Shown piece after piece: positions 36,207-43,871 of a stretch of DNA of 64,000 nt. The number at the start of each line of letters is the position of its first letter. Within the stretch, counting starts at the first letter, position 1. A program made the translations under genes and the position numbers. The DNA comes from Candidatus Thorarchaeota archaeon (GTDB taxonomy: Archaea; Asgardarchaeota; Thorarchaeia; Thorarchaeales; Thorarchaeaceae). The DNA lies in assembly GCA_016933575.1 (NCBI GenBank), contig JAFGAR010000025.1:31976-95975 (forward strand), read 5' to 3'. Under the pieces are notes generated by a model. That model did no database searches. It was not told where the DNA came from and saw only the letters and a program-made list of their open reading frames with translations.

Positions 36207-36552
36207 CCTATTATATTCCTAGAATCCTGTTTTTCTATGTACAGAACAAAAAGAAAAGTGTGTCTCTTTTTTACAAGCAAGATTTGTATCTAAAGTCGGC
36301 ATTTTACAAAATAGAGTTTTTTCCAACGATTTAAATTGATTTAAAATCTTATGAAAAGAGATTTTGCAATATTATGGCTATTGAATGCTCTATTTTAGAG
36401 TAGAAAAGATTGAATCCAAAAACTTACACTTTTCTTCCGATTCTTTTTCTTTTCATGTATTCACAACAGCACGAATACAGGAGTGTATGTTATGGTGTTA
36501 GGTGGGGGGTCCTTAGAATTGCTATCAAGAATACGAGGGAGAGTCTTGAAGA

Positions 36553-37233
36553 ATGAACATTGAATCAAAAACTGAATCGAATCGATCCAATCTTACTACT
36601 GGAAAAATAGTAACTATTGTTGGAGTGTTGATTTTCCTCTTCATTCACTTTTTATTCGGGTTAATCATTACTTTTATTGGAGGGCTTATTCAACTATGTG
36701 AAAACCAATCTTCAAGAGCAATCGTTTCTTCTTCGCGCGAAGAAGAAACACAGCAATCCTGTCCAAAATGTGCAAGCCTTCATTTCTATCACTATTCAGA
36801 AAAAGATGTATTTGGAAGAATTATTTGTAAATCTTGTGGACATCTCTTCCATTCCAGTAAAGATGTTAGAACTCCTGATGGTTCAACTTATTCAGAGGAA
36901 ACAAGATATCCACCTAAGGGATTTCCTCGTTCAATTGGACCAGATGATTGCGAGACTTCTCAGGCGGCAGTGGGTCTTGCAAATACACAGTTTGAGTTTG
37001 AAGCAGTAAGACGTGTGATTAGAGATATGGCAGGAGTACTTGGTCAAGACAGACTTACTGACATGATTCGAACTGGTTTTACGTACATGAGTGCAAACCG
37101 GGTTGGTGCAGCTTTAGCTTGCTTTTACGAAGCCGAACTTCTTGAATTCAATGATCCCCGTTTAGAGAAGATCCGACTTGAGTTTGGGCAACCACATATG
37201 AGTTTCAAAAAAATTGCAGAGAAGGTGCTTTAA
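36553..37233 (+). CDS. TM-hairpin plus zinc-ribbon protein (uncharacterised)
   Basis: N-terminal hydrophobic hairpin (IVTIVGVLIFLFIHFLFGLIITFIGGLIQL), a zinc ribbon CPKC...CKSCGH (about 36759-36841) and a helical C-terminus. Its stop lies 1 nt before the in-frame TTG of the giant gene. Confidence 0.6.
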   Translation: MNIESKTESNRSNLTTGKIVTIVGVLIFLFIHFLFGLIITFIGGLIQLCENQSSRAIVSSSREEETQQSCPKCASLHFYHYSEKDVFGRIICKSCGHLFHSSKDVRTPDGSTYSEETRYPPKGFPRSIGPDDCETSQAAVGLANTQFEFEAVRRVIRDMAGVLGQDRLTDMIRTGFTYMSANRVGAALACFYEAELLEFNDPRLEKIRLEFGQPHMSFKKIAEKVL

Positions 37234-40200
37234 GTTGATATTCAGAGGGGTTAAATCGCGGAATACTCAAATTGCCAGTCTAATTGTGTTACTGCTAATC
37301 AGTGTATGCATATTTTCAATTAATCCACCAAATCTTACACTATCGACAAGCAAGACCAAATTGATCAACAGCGAAATGCTCAGTCCTCATGGTCAATCAA
37401 GCCCTTCGATAAGTGATTCATGGTCCTATAATGATTACTTAACCGGTATAGAGGAAATCTTTGACACTTTCAATAAATTCAATCTCTCAAAATACGGAGG
37501 TGGGTGGCAATATGAAGTGACACGCGATTGGACTGATGCCGCATTTACAAATGGCAAATATATAGCACATGATTCAGAGTGTATTATGGGTCTACTGAGC
37601 GCGTATGTTTTGATTGGAGATACGAAATATCTTGAGTATGCTGAGGATATATGGAACTGGGATCTGACATACTTCCTTGATAATACGTATGGCGGGTATT
37701 ATGTAAGATTGAACCAAGACAACTCTGTTGCAATTGATGATAAGGGTATGTTTGAGCACGGTTGGTTTGGACTGGCAACAGCTCAATTGTATAATGTAAC
37801 AGGAAATTCGACCTACCTAAATCAAATGAACTACATCTATTCTTTCGTTACAAGCAATTTCTATGATTTTGGAGATGGCAGTTATTATGGGGCATTGAGT
37901 AGAAACTTAGGGGTACTTGTATCAGATGTTGATACAAATTGGTGCGCGCCATATGCCAGATTCTTACTGAGTGCATATCTCTTCACGGGGAATTCTACAT
38001 TTGGCGATAAGGCAATCGAATTGGTTGATAACCTAATGAATTACGCCTATGATTCACAGTACGGATGGATTGTGAACCGCGTATCTTCGGATTGGGCTTC
38101 ATTCGTGAACACAGCGAAAGGGTGGTATGATGTTCTCCAGACATTCATTGATGCTTATCGCGTATTTAGTAGTCCATCATATTTGATATTCGCACAAACC
38201 TGTTTTTATGACATCCAACAGGCAAAATCAACTGCTGGATACCTAAGGGAGATGAACCGCGATTGGACAACAACTGTGAATAATGAGCTCTTAGGTGAAG
38301 AGGATCCCGGTGTTGCTATTGCATATCTTAGAATTGCATGTGAATTGGAAAATTCAACAATTCTTCAAGAATCCTATAGATACAAAGATGCAATCTATGC
38401 AGGTCTCCATGACCCTGTATATGGTGGAATTTACAGACGAATTTACTCAAGTGGCAGTCAGAGTACTTGGAAACAATGGTGTGGAGCTGGACGTGTCATG
38501 GAAATGCTTGCTGAATTCGCTACGCCAAGTAAAAACCAAACAATCTCAGTTTTGGTGTGGGGCGATGCAGATCCGAATGGTCAAGAAAAAGCTGGACGCA
38601 CAATCGCTGAAAATCTCGAAGAAATTGGATTGAATGTAACTTTTGTTTCAGATTTCAGTGATTTAGAAAATGAGCTCGTAGATTACAATTACCAGTCATT
38701 GATACTTGTAGCAATGCCTTGGAGTGATGTATATTCCAATATTCCCTCTTCAACAGAGAACCTAATTGAATCCCTTGTGAGTACTAGTGAATTAGGGCTT
38801 GTGGGATTTCATGACATTATTTGGCAAAATGCAAATAATCCTATACTAGAAACTATTTTTGGCGGAACTCTAAGCTCTTTTAGAGATAGGGATTCAATAT
38901 ATTCAATCGTGAATATATCGCACCCTATTGTGCAAGAATTGCCATCTAGTTTCCTCCTAGATGATGACCAATTATTGAGGGGATCGTGGGAGAGTGGTGT
39001 TGAAATTGTTATGGAAGCTGATTACTTGCACACTCCCGTTGTAGTCACAAATGAATACGGTGGTGGGAGATCGGTCTATATAGCAACTGGGGGTGGCTCT
39101 GGCTACAGTAGTGCTATAGTCAATAATGACACAAATTTGGTCCAATTGTATAGAAATGCCGTTTTTTGGTCGTGCAATATCACGGATAATTCCGAAACAC
39201 CATCATCTAACATGGCACTCTATTTCGATGGTTCTGATGAAGTTATCATTCCAAGCGATTCATCACTCAACCCAACCTCTGCTCTCACAGTTATGGCTTG
39301 GATTCATGCTGATGATTGGGTCGGAAATCAAAGGATTTTACAAAAAGGCGTTGATGATCAATATCGGCTCTTGGATGAAGGCAACTTGGAATTTGGTCTT
39401 GCAGGAGTTTCTGGTGGCGATATTGGAACGCCTCTACCAACAACAGGTGAATGGCATCATGTTGCAGGAACATATGATGGTTCTACTATTTCATTGTATG
39501 TCGATGGAGTTGAGAGAGTATCAAATTCTGCAAGTGGTTCTTTGCAAACTTCCAGTACTTCATTGTATATAGGAAATAAACCCTTGAGTTCGTATCCGGG
39601 GGATCGTTTCAAAGGAATTATTGATGAAGTTAGAATCTATAACAGAGCCCTATCAAATCAAGAAATCAATAACACAATGATCAATACATCACCTGCGACT
39701 TCTGGACTTGTTCTGTATCTATCTTTCGACATACTGGATGGCTTTACTTGTCCAGATTATTCTGGGTATGGGAATAATGGCACCAATTATGGTGCCGAAA
39801 TTGTAACATCATTTGATTGGAATGATATCAATCCTCATCTTGAATATCCGACAACTCCTCAGTTTGAGAACTTGCCTGCATCAATTTCAGTTGACACGTT
39901 CACTGCTCAATGGAATGAATCCACTCTATCTGGTTTTGTAATACTCTACTATGAGCTACAAATTGATACATCGCCTAGTTTTTCGAGCCCTAATGAATAC
40001 AGTGTCTATGCTACTACTTACGAATTGACGGATCTCATAGATGGTATATATTATCTAAGAGTGCGTGCTGTTGATGAGAGATTACTTAGAAGCGAATGGA
40101 GTTCTGTCAGTACAATATCGGTGGATCTGCCAGAAATTCACTATCCCACAATACCTGAGTTTGCGAATCTGGTGCCATTTGTCAATACAAGTATGTATAC

Positions 40201-43200
40201 CGTTGAATGGACTGAATCTGAGGTTGAAGGGGCTAACATTGATTACTATGAACTTGAAATGGACCAATCGAGCAGTTTCTCAACTCCAAGTCAGTATGTT
40301 TCTGTAAGTACTTCTCATGAGTTGCATGATTTAGTCAATGGAACCTATTACCTTAGAGTACGAGCCGTTGATGATCGAGAGTTGAGAAGCAGCTGGAGTA
40401 CAACAGGAACGTTCACAGTTGGAATTTCTTATATTGTACCAATCGACAGCATTCTACCAATACCTCTCTTCCATCAACATCCAAGAGGTGTCACTACATC
40501 CTATTTTTCGATATCGTGGTCATTACCTCAAAGCTATAATGAAAACGATTTTACTTATGAAATTCAGATTTCTGATGCGGCAGATTTCAGTGATGCATCG
40601 CCCATAATCACAACACAAACAATGCAAATATTCACACTTGATAGAGAGGACTGGTATTACCTTCGGGTTCGTTCCTTCAATGCAACATACCAAAGCGATT
40701 GGAGTGAAACGACAAGAATAGCAGTTCTAGTTTCCACCCTATCTATTGATAACTCTGAATACATCACGATAATTGAAAATAGTATAGACCAATTCATTAT
40801 CTGGGAGATTAATAGTCACTTTTACTTCAACTATTCAATAGAGATAGGTCATGAAATTCATGATGTTGGTTATTTCCGTGAAGAAAATGTCACACTCTCA
40901 GTACATGATTTTCCTGTGGGCACATATTACATTACGCTAACTGTCATTGATGTGATTGGCAGGGAATACCAAGCTGAAGTAGAATTGCATATCGCACAGA
41001 ATTTTTCCGAAGTATTATCTATGCTTGGCACAACATCGCTTGTTGGCTTCTTTCTCTTTTTCATTGGAGTTTTAATCTACAAGAAATATCCTCGTAAGAA
41101 CTGGAAAGATGATGTACGACGTCAGGTAGAAAACACTGGTACAGTATCTTTAGAATTTCTCGCAACATCAAATGAAGTAAACGTCCCAATACTTACTGAC
41201 CATCTCGCATCTGCAGATTATGCTCTAGTGTCTATTGCAGGTATTGTCTATAGTATCGGAAAAATCCTAGATGAAGTAAGAAACAAGCTATTTCACGAAG
41301 ACCGGGTCGAGATCTCACAATTCATCAATGAATATGGTTTACAACATGACCAATTTAAATCACTGATACTTAAGCACCAAAACGAATTCATACTAACTGA
41401 ACATTACGTTTATAATCGGACCAAAATAATTGAAAATCTTAAGGAACGTTTTCAGAAAACAAATTCACTTGATACTGATTTGTTCTATCAAGAAACAGAT
41501 ATTGCGCCTAGCATAACCGAAACTCTGTTGAGTAAAACTGGTCTACATTGTTTCTCCTATAATGATCACACATTCAAATGTGTTGATTATGATGGATTGA
41601 AGTTCATTGATCAGGCAAAAGAGAATGGATTCGTTTTTGTGACTCAAGCTAATGAAAATTCATCAACATATCTTGGAGAACTAAAGTCGTTTCTTTCCTT
41701 GAGGAGGGAGGATGTCGTATATAGTTCAAGCTTGAACCTTCTTGTTAGTACAAAATGGCTATCAAACTTGAGAACAGCCGTTTATGATCAAGGAAAAGTA
41801 GAAATCCAAGATCTTGCCAACAAATACGGTATATCTCCAACCATTATGTTATCACTATTGCAATATTTCCTACAAGGTACCGTTTCATCAGACAATCAGC
41901 AGTTCTATGTAGAGTCACGTAGAATAGAGCGAGCTAGTGATGCTCCAACAACCAGATGGGTTCAACCTAGTCTGAGAACCGTATATCATTCGAACCCGCC
42001 ACCTGCAGGTGTCCAATTCCAAGCACCGGTGATAAATGCAGAAGAGTCTGAACTAGCTAAATGTGTTCAGATATGTGGATGCATTTGGCTTCCAATCAGT
42101 CTTGTGATGATTTTCATTACCCCTTTTGGAAGTGCAGCTGTTATAGTTACAGCCATGCTAGCATTCCTGTGGAGATCGCTGTCAGGCAACCCAAAGAAAA
42201 ATCTTGTCCGTGGACAAATTATACAAAAGCCTGCTAAATTGCAGCCTGATGGAAGATACTTGTGTCCATACTGTCTCACTCCCAAGGAATATGTTGCAGA
42301 AGAGATGAATGATAAAGGATCGGTCTATTGCAAGGAATGCCATGCAATAATCCCTCTTAAAGTAGCATTTGAGTATCCTGCAACTGTTAGTGACACATCT
42401 GCCATTGAACCCACTTCCTCTACATATGAAACAAGCGCTTCTAGAACTGAACCTAAAAGTACGACTAAGAGCGAAATTCCAAAACAGACACGCAGATTTA
42501 TGCTTCTAGGATGCATTGGTGTTGGATTAATCGTAATATCTTACATTCTTCAATACTATACCTACCTATTGATTTTTGAAATAGATACAATAGGGATGAG
42601 TGAGATTGTGTATATTGCTTCAACCTCGTTAGATGTGGTCGGAAGCCTGTTATTAGCATGTGGACTCTTCGCATTACGTGAAAGACATTCTAGCTACTTC
42701 TTTGTAGCTGCAATTGTACTATTGGTGGTTTTACCATTACGATTTTTGGTTGGGCCTATCTTGGTAGATTCTTTTGGTTTCTTGTACATATTGGCTATCT
42801 ATTTCCTCCTATTCTTGAAGTATCTGTTGATTGCATTGGGTATTTTAAAACAAAAAAGCTCTAGTGAGTATCCCTCACTATGGAATGGAACTTGGATAGT
42901 CCTTGTGGCCTGGGGATCTATTAATTCTTTCTTACCACTTCTTATGGGCGGTGTATATTCGCGTTCATCAATCGATATCGTCTATATCCCTGGTATAATT
43001 ATGAATATAGTTGGAGGATTTGCCCTTAGCTTGATCTTTCTCTCGGAGATTAGAATCATTGATCCAACACCTATCATTCGTTATGCGGAAAAAATTATGG
43101 GATTTGTGATTTTAATCGCAGGGATAGGATTGTCCTTACTAGGTCTTATCAGTTGGGTAATCTATATTCCTGTTTTTAGCGAGAGCTGGTTGGGAGAAAT

Positions 43201-43261
43201 TGGAGGTTTTACTGCCATTATTGTTGGACTAGTATTGATTAGAAATGATCGAAGAACGTAA
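37214..43261 (+). CDS. Giant (about 2015 aa) multidomain transmembrane protein with extracellular carbohydrate-binding-type domains, cytoplasmic winged-helix-like repeats and a polytopic C-terminus
   Basis: One uninterrupted ORF with no early ATG. The likely start is the in-frame TTG at 37235, giving (M)IFRGVKSRNTQIASLIVLLLISV as a signal anchor. The domain layout is listed in the following entries. Confidence 0.85.
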   Translation: MQRRCFKLIFRGVKSRNTQIASLIVLLLISVCIFSINPPNLTLSTSKTKLINSEMLSPHGQSSPSISDSWSYNDYLTGIEEIFDTFNKFNLSKYGGGWQYEVTRDWTDAAFTNGKYIAHDSECIMGLLSAYVLIGDTKYLEYAEDIWNWDLTYFLDNTYGGYYVRLNQDNSVAIDDKGMFEHGWFGLATAQLYNVTGNSTYLNQMNYIYSFVTSNFYDFGDGSYYGALSRNLGVLVSDVDTNWCAPYARFLLSAYLFTGNSTFGDKAIELVDNLMNYAYDSQYGWIVNRVSSDWASFVNTAKGWYDVLQTFIDAYRVFSSPSYLIFAQTCFYDIQQAKSTAGYLREMNRDWTTTVNNELLGEEDPGVAIAYLRIACELENSTILQESYRYKDAIYAGLHDPVYGGIYRRIYSSGSQSTWKQWCGAGRVMEMLAEFATPSKNQTISVLVWGDADPNGQEKAGRTIAENLEEIGLNVTFVSDFSDLENELVDYNYQSLILVAMPWSDVYSNIPSSTENLIESLVSTSELGLVGFHDIIWQNANNPILETIFGGTLSSFRDRDSIYSIVNISHPIVQELPSSFLLDDDQLLRGSWESGVEIVMEADYLHTPVVVTNEYGGGRSVYIATGGGSGYSSAIVNNDTNLVQLYRNAVFWSCNITDNSETPSSNMALYFDGSDEVIIPSDSSLNPTSALTVMAWIHADDWVGNQRILQKGVDDQYRLLDEGNLEFGLAGVSGGDIGTPLPTTGEWHHVAGTYDGSTISLYVDGVERVSNSASGSLQTSSTSLYIGNKPLSSYPGDRFKGIIDEVRIYNRALSNQEINNTMINTSPATSGLVLYLSFDILDGFTCPDYSGYGNNGTNYGAEIVTSFDWNDINPHLEYPTTPQFENLPASISVDTFTAQWNESTLSGFVILYYELQIDTSPSFSSPNEYSVYATTYELTDLIDGIYYLRVRAVDERLLRSEWSSVSTISVDLPEIHYPTIPEFANLVPFVNTSMYTVEWTESEVEGANIDYYELEMDQSSSFSTPSQYVSVSTSHELHDLVNGTYYLRVRAVDDRELRSSWSTTGTFTVGISYIVPIDSILPIPLFHQHPRGVTTSYFSISWSLPQSYNENDFTYEIQISDAADFSDASPIITTQTMQIFTLDREDWYYLRVRSFNATYQSDWSETTRIAVLVSTLSIDNSEYITIIENSIDQFIIWEINSHFYFNYSIEIGHEIHDVGYFREENVTLSVHDFPVGTYYITLTVIDVIGREYQAEVELHIAQNFSEVLSMLGTTSLVGFFLFFIGVLIYKKYPRKNWKDDVRRQVENTGTVSLEFLATSNEVNVPILTDHLASADYALVSIAGIVYSIGKILDEVRNKLFHEDRVEISQFINEYGLQHDQFKSLILKHQNEFILTEHYVYNRTKIIENLKERFQKTNSLDTDLFYQETDIAPSITETLLSKTGLHCFSYNDHTFKCVDYDGLKFIDQAKENGFVFVTQANENSSTYLGELKSFLSLRREDVVYSSSLNLLVSTKWLSNLRTAVYDQGKVEIQDLANKYGISPTIMLSLLQYFLQGTVSSDNQQFYVESRRIERASDAPTTRWVQPSLRTVYHSNPPPAGVQFQAPVINAEESELAKCVQICGCIWLPISLVMIFITPFGSAAVIVTAMLAFLWRSLSGNPKKNLVRGQIIQKPAKLQPDGRYLCPYCLTPKEYVAEEMNDKGSVYCKECHAIIPLKVAFEYPATVSDTSAIEPTSSTYETSASRTEPKSTTKSEIPKQTRRFMLLGCIGVGLIVISYILQYYTYLLIFEIDTIGMSEIVYIASTSLDVVGSLLLACGLFALRERHSSYFFVAAIVLLVVLPLRFLVGPILVDSFGFLYILAIYFLLFLKYLLIALGILKQKSSSEYPSLWNGTWIVLVAWGSINSFLPLLMGGVYSRSSIDIVYIPGIIMNIVGGFALSLIFLSEIRIIDPTPIIRYAEKIMGFVILIAGIGLSLLGLISWVIYIPVFSESWLGEIGGFTAIIVGLVLIRNDRRT
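37390..38530 (+). other. Giant protein domain: AGE-superfamily (alpha/alpha)6-barrel-like
   Basis: It shares YLEYAEDIWNWD and D-x3-GG(Y)Y hairpin motifs (DNTYGGYYVRL, DFGDGSYYGAL, DSQYGWIVNRV, DPVYGGIYRRI) with the 33861 protein. Confidence 0.6.
38540..39175 (+). other. Giant protein domain: ThuA-like (class I glutamine amidotransferase-like fold)
   Basis: ISVLVWGD, GLVGFHD, HPIVQELPSSFLLDDD, PVVVTNEYGGGRSVYIATGG and LYRNAVFWS follow the ThuA family pattern. Confidence 0.6.
39211..39680 (+). other. Giant protein domain: LamG / concanavalin A-like lectin
   Basis: ALYFDGSDEVIIP, LTVMAWI, EWHHVAGTYDGSTISLYVDG and FKGIIDEVRIYNRALSNQEI are typical Laminin_G_3 motifs. An extra LamG N-terminal-like fragment (GLVLYLSFD...DYSGYGNNGTNYGAEI) follows at about 39700-39800. 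Confidence 0.75.
39846..40730 (+). repeat. Giant protein: three tandem Fn3-like repeats of about 95 aa
   Basis: The repeat cores are YYELQIDTSPSFSSP...YYLRVRAVDERLLRSEWS, YYELEMDQSSSFSTP...YYLRVRAVDDRELRSSWS and TYEIQISDAADFSDA...YYLRVRSFNATYQSDWS. Confidence 0.75.
41132..41930 (+). repeat. Giant protein: five tandem cytoplasmic winged-helix-like modules of about 55 aa
   Basis: These follow the TM helix at about 41020-41085. The recurring pattern is exemplified by DRVEISQFINEYGLQHDQFKSLILKH and GKVEIQDLANKYGISPTIMLSLLQYFL, each followed by a short beta-hairpin-like stretch and a helix. Confidence 0.4.
42058..42343 (+). other. Giant protein: TM hairpin plus zinc ribbon
   Basis: Hydrophobic hairpin CVQICGCIWLPISLVMIFITPFGSAAVIVTAMLAFLW, then CPYC...CKEC (about 42263-42343). 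This is the same arrangement as the stand-alone 36553 protein. Confidence 0.55.
42490..43258 (+). other. Giant protein: C-terminal polytopic membrane domain (about 7-8 TM helices)
   Basis: A continuous series of hydrophobic helices follows a Ser/Thr-rich linker (SDTSAIEPTSSTYETSASRTEPKSTTKS). Confidence 0.6.
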
Positions 43262-43432
43262 ATCCTTAGTATAATCCGGTCACTAAAAAAATCCTTCAAT
43301 GGATAACATCTGTTAACTACAATCTAGTATCAAAAATACGCAATTGATGCCCTGCAACATGTATAGATTGTCTATCTCTCTTATAGGTTCTCTAACATCC
43401 GACCTTAAAGACCTCACCCTGTAGTTTACCTT

Positions 43433-43729
43433 CTAAATCACTCGAAGGCTGACGCCTACCAGAGCTCGAAGTCTCTCAATCTCGTTCTGCAATTCGTGAA
43501 TCCTTTCGATATCTGCATGATAGACCTGTTTTCTCATGTCCATCAGATTGGGTACTTTTCGCAATAGTTTCTGTCTGATTAATTTCTGAAGGGCAAAGGT
43601 GACCGTTCTCAGCGGGATTTTTGATTCTCTTGAGAGATCACGTGGAGCCATCGGTCCATGAATTGCCAGATGGTCCAGTATCAGAAGAGCACTCTTTGGA
43701 AGGTCGTTTGGAGTCATCATATTCTTCAC
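43433..43729 (-). CDS. Small winged-helix (MarR/TrmB-like) transcriptional regulator
   Basis: LILDHLAIHGPMAPRDLSRESKIPLRTVTFALQKLIRQKLLRKV followed by a coiled C-terminal helix. Confidence 0.7.
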   Translation of the reverse strand: MKNMMTPNDLPKSALLILDHLAIHGPMAPRDLSRESKIPLRTVTFALQKLIRQKLLRKVPNLMDMRKQVYHADIERIHELQNEIERLRALVGVSLRVI

Positions 43730-43742
43730 TATCCATTGACCT

Positions 43743-43776
43743 AAACGGCAAGTTTATGACGAAATAATTGCCGTTT
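43743..43776. promoter_or_regulatory. 9-bp perfect inverted repeat in the divergent promoter region
   Basis: AAACGGCAA (43743-43751) and TTGCCGTTT (43768-43776) are separated by 16 nt. The repeat lies between the starts at 43729 (-) and 43872 (+). Confidence 0.45.
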
Positions 43777-43871
43777 ATGTTACATGATTTATGATATGGA
43801 CAATATATAAGACTTAGTTTCTCCGTAATATCGCTATACAAGTGTGTCCTATAAAAAAGAGATGATAGATT

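Noticed and set aside
36492-36563. 23-codon upstream ORF (MVLGGGSLELLSRIRGRVLKNEH) with AGGAG 8 nt upstream, overlapping the ATG of the 36553 gene out of frame
   Set aside because: It could be a coupled leader peptide, but it is very short. I have no conservation data, and such ORFs arise by chance in 346 bp of AT-rich spacer. It is only worth checking with ribosome profiling.
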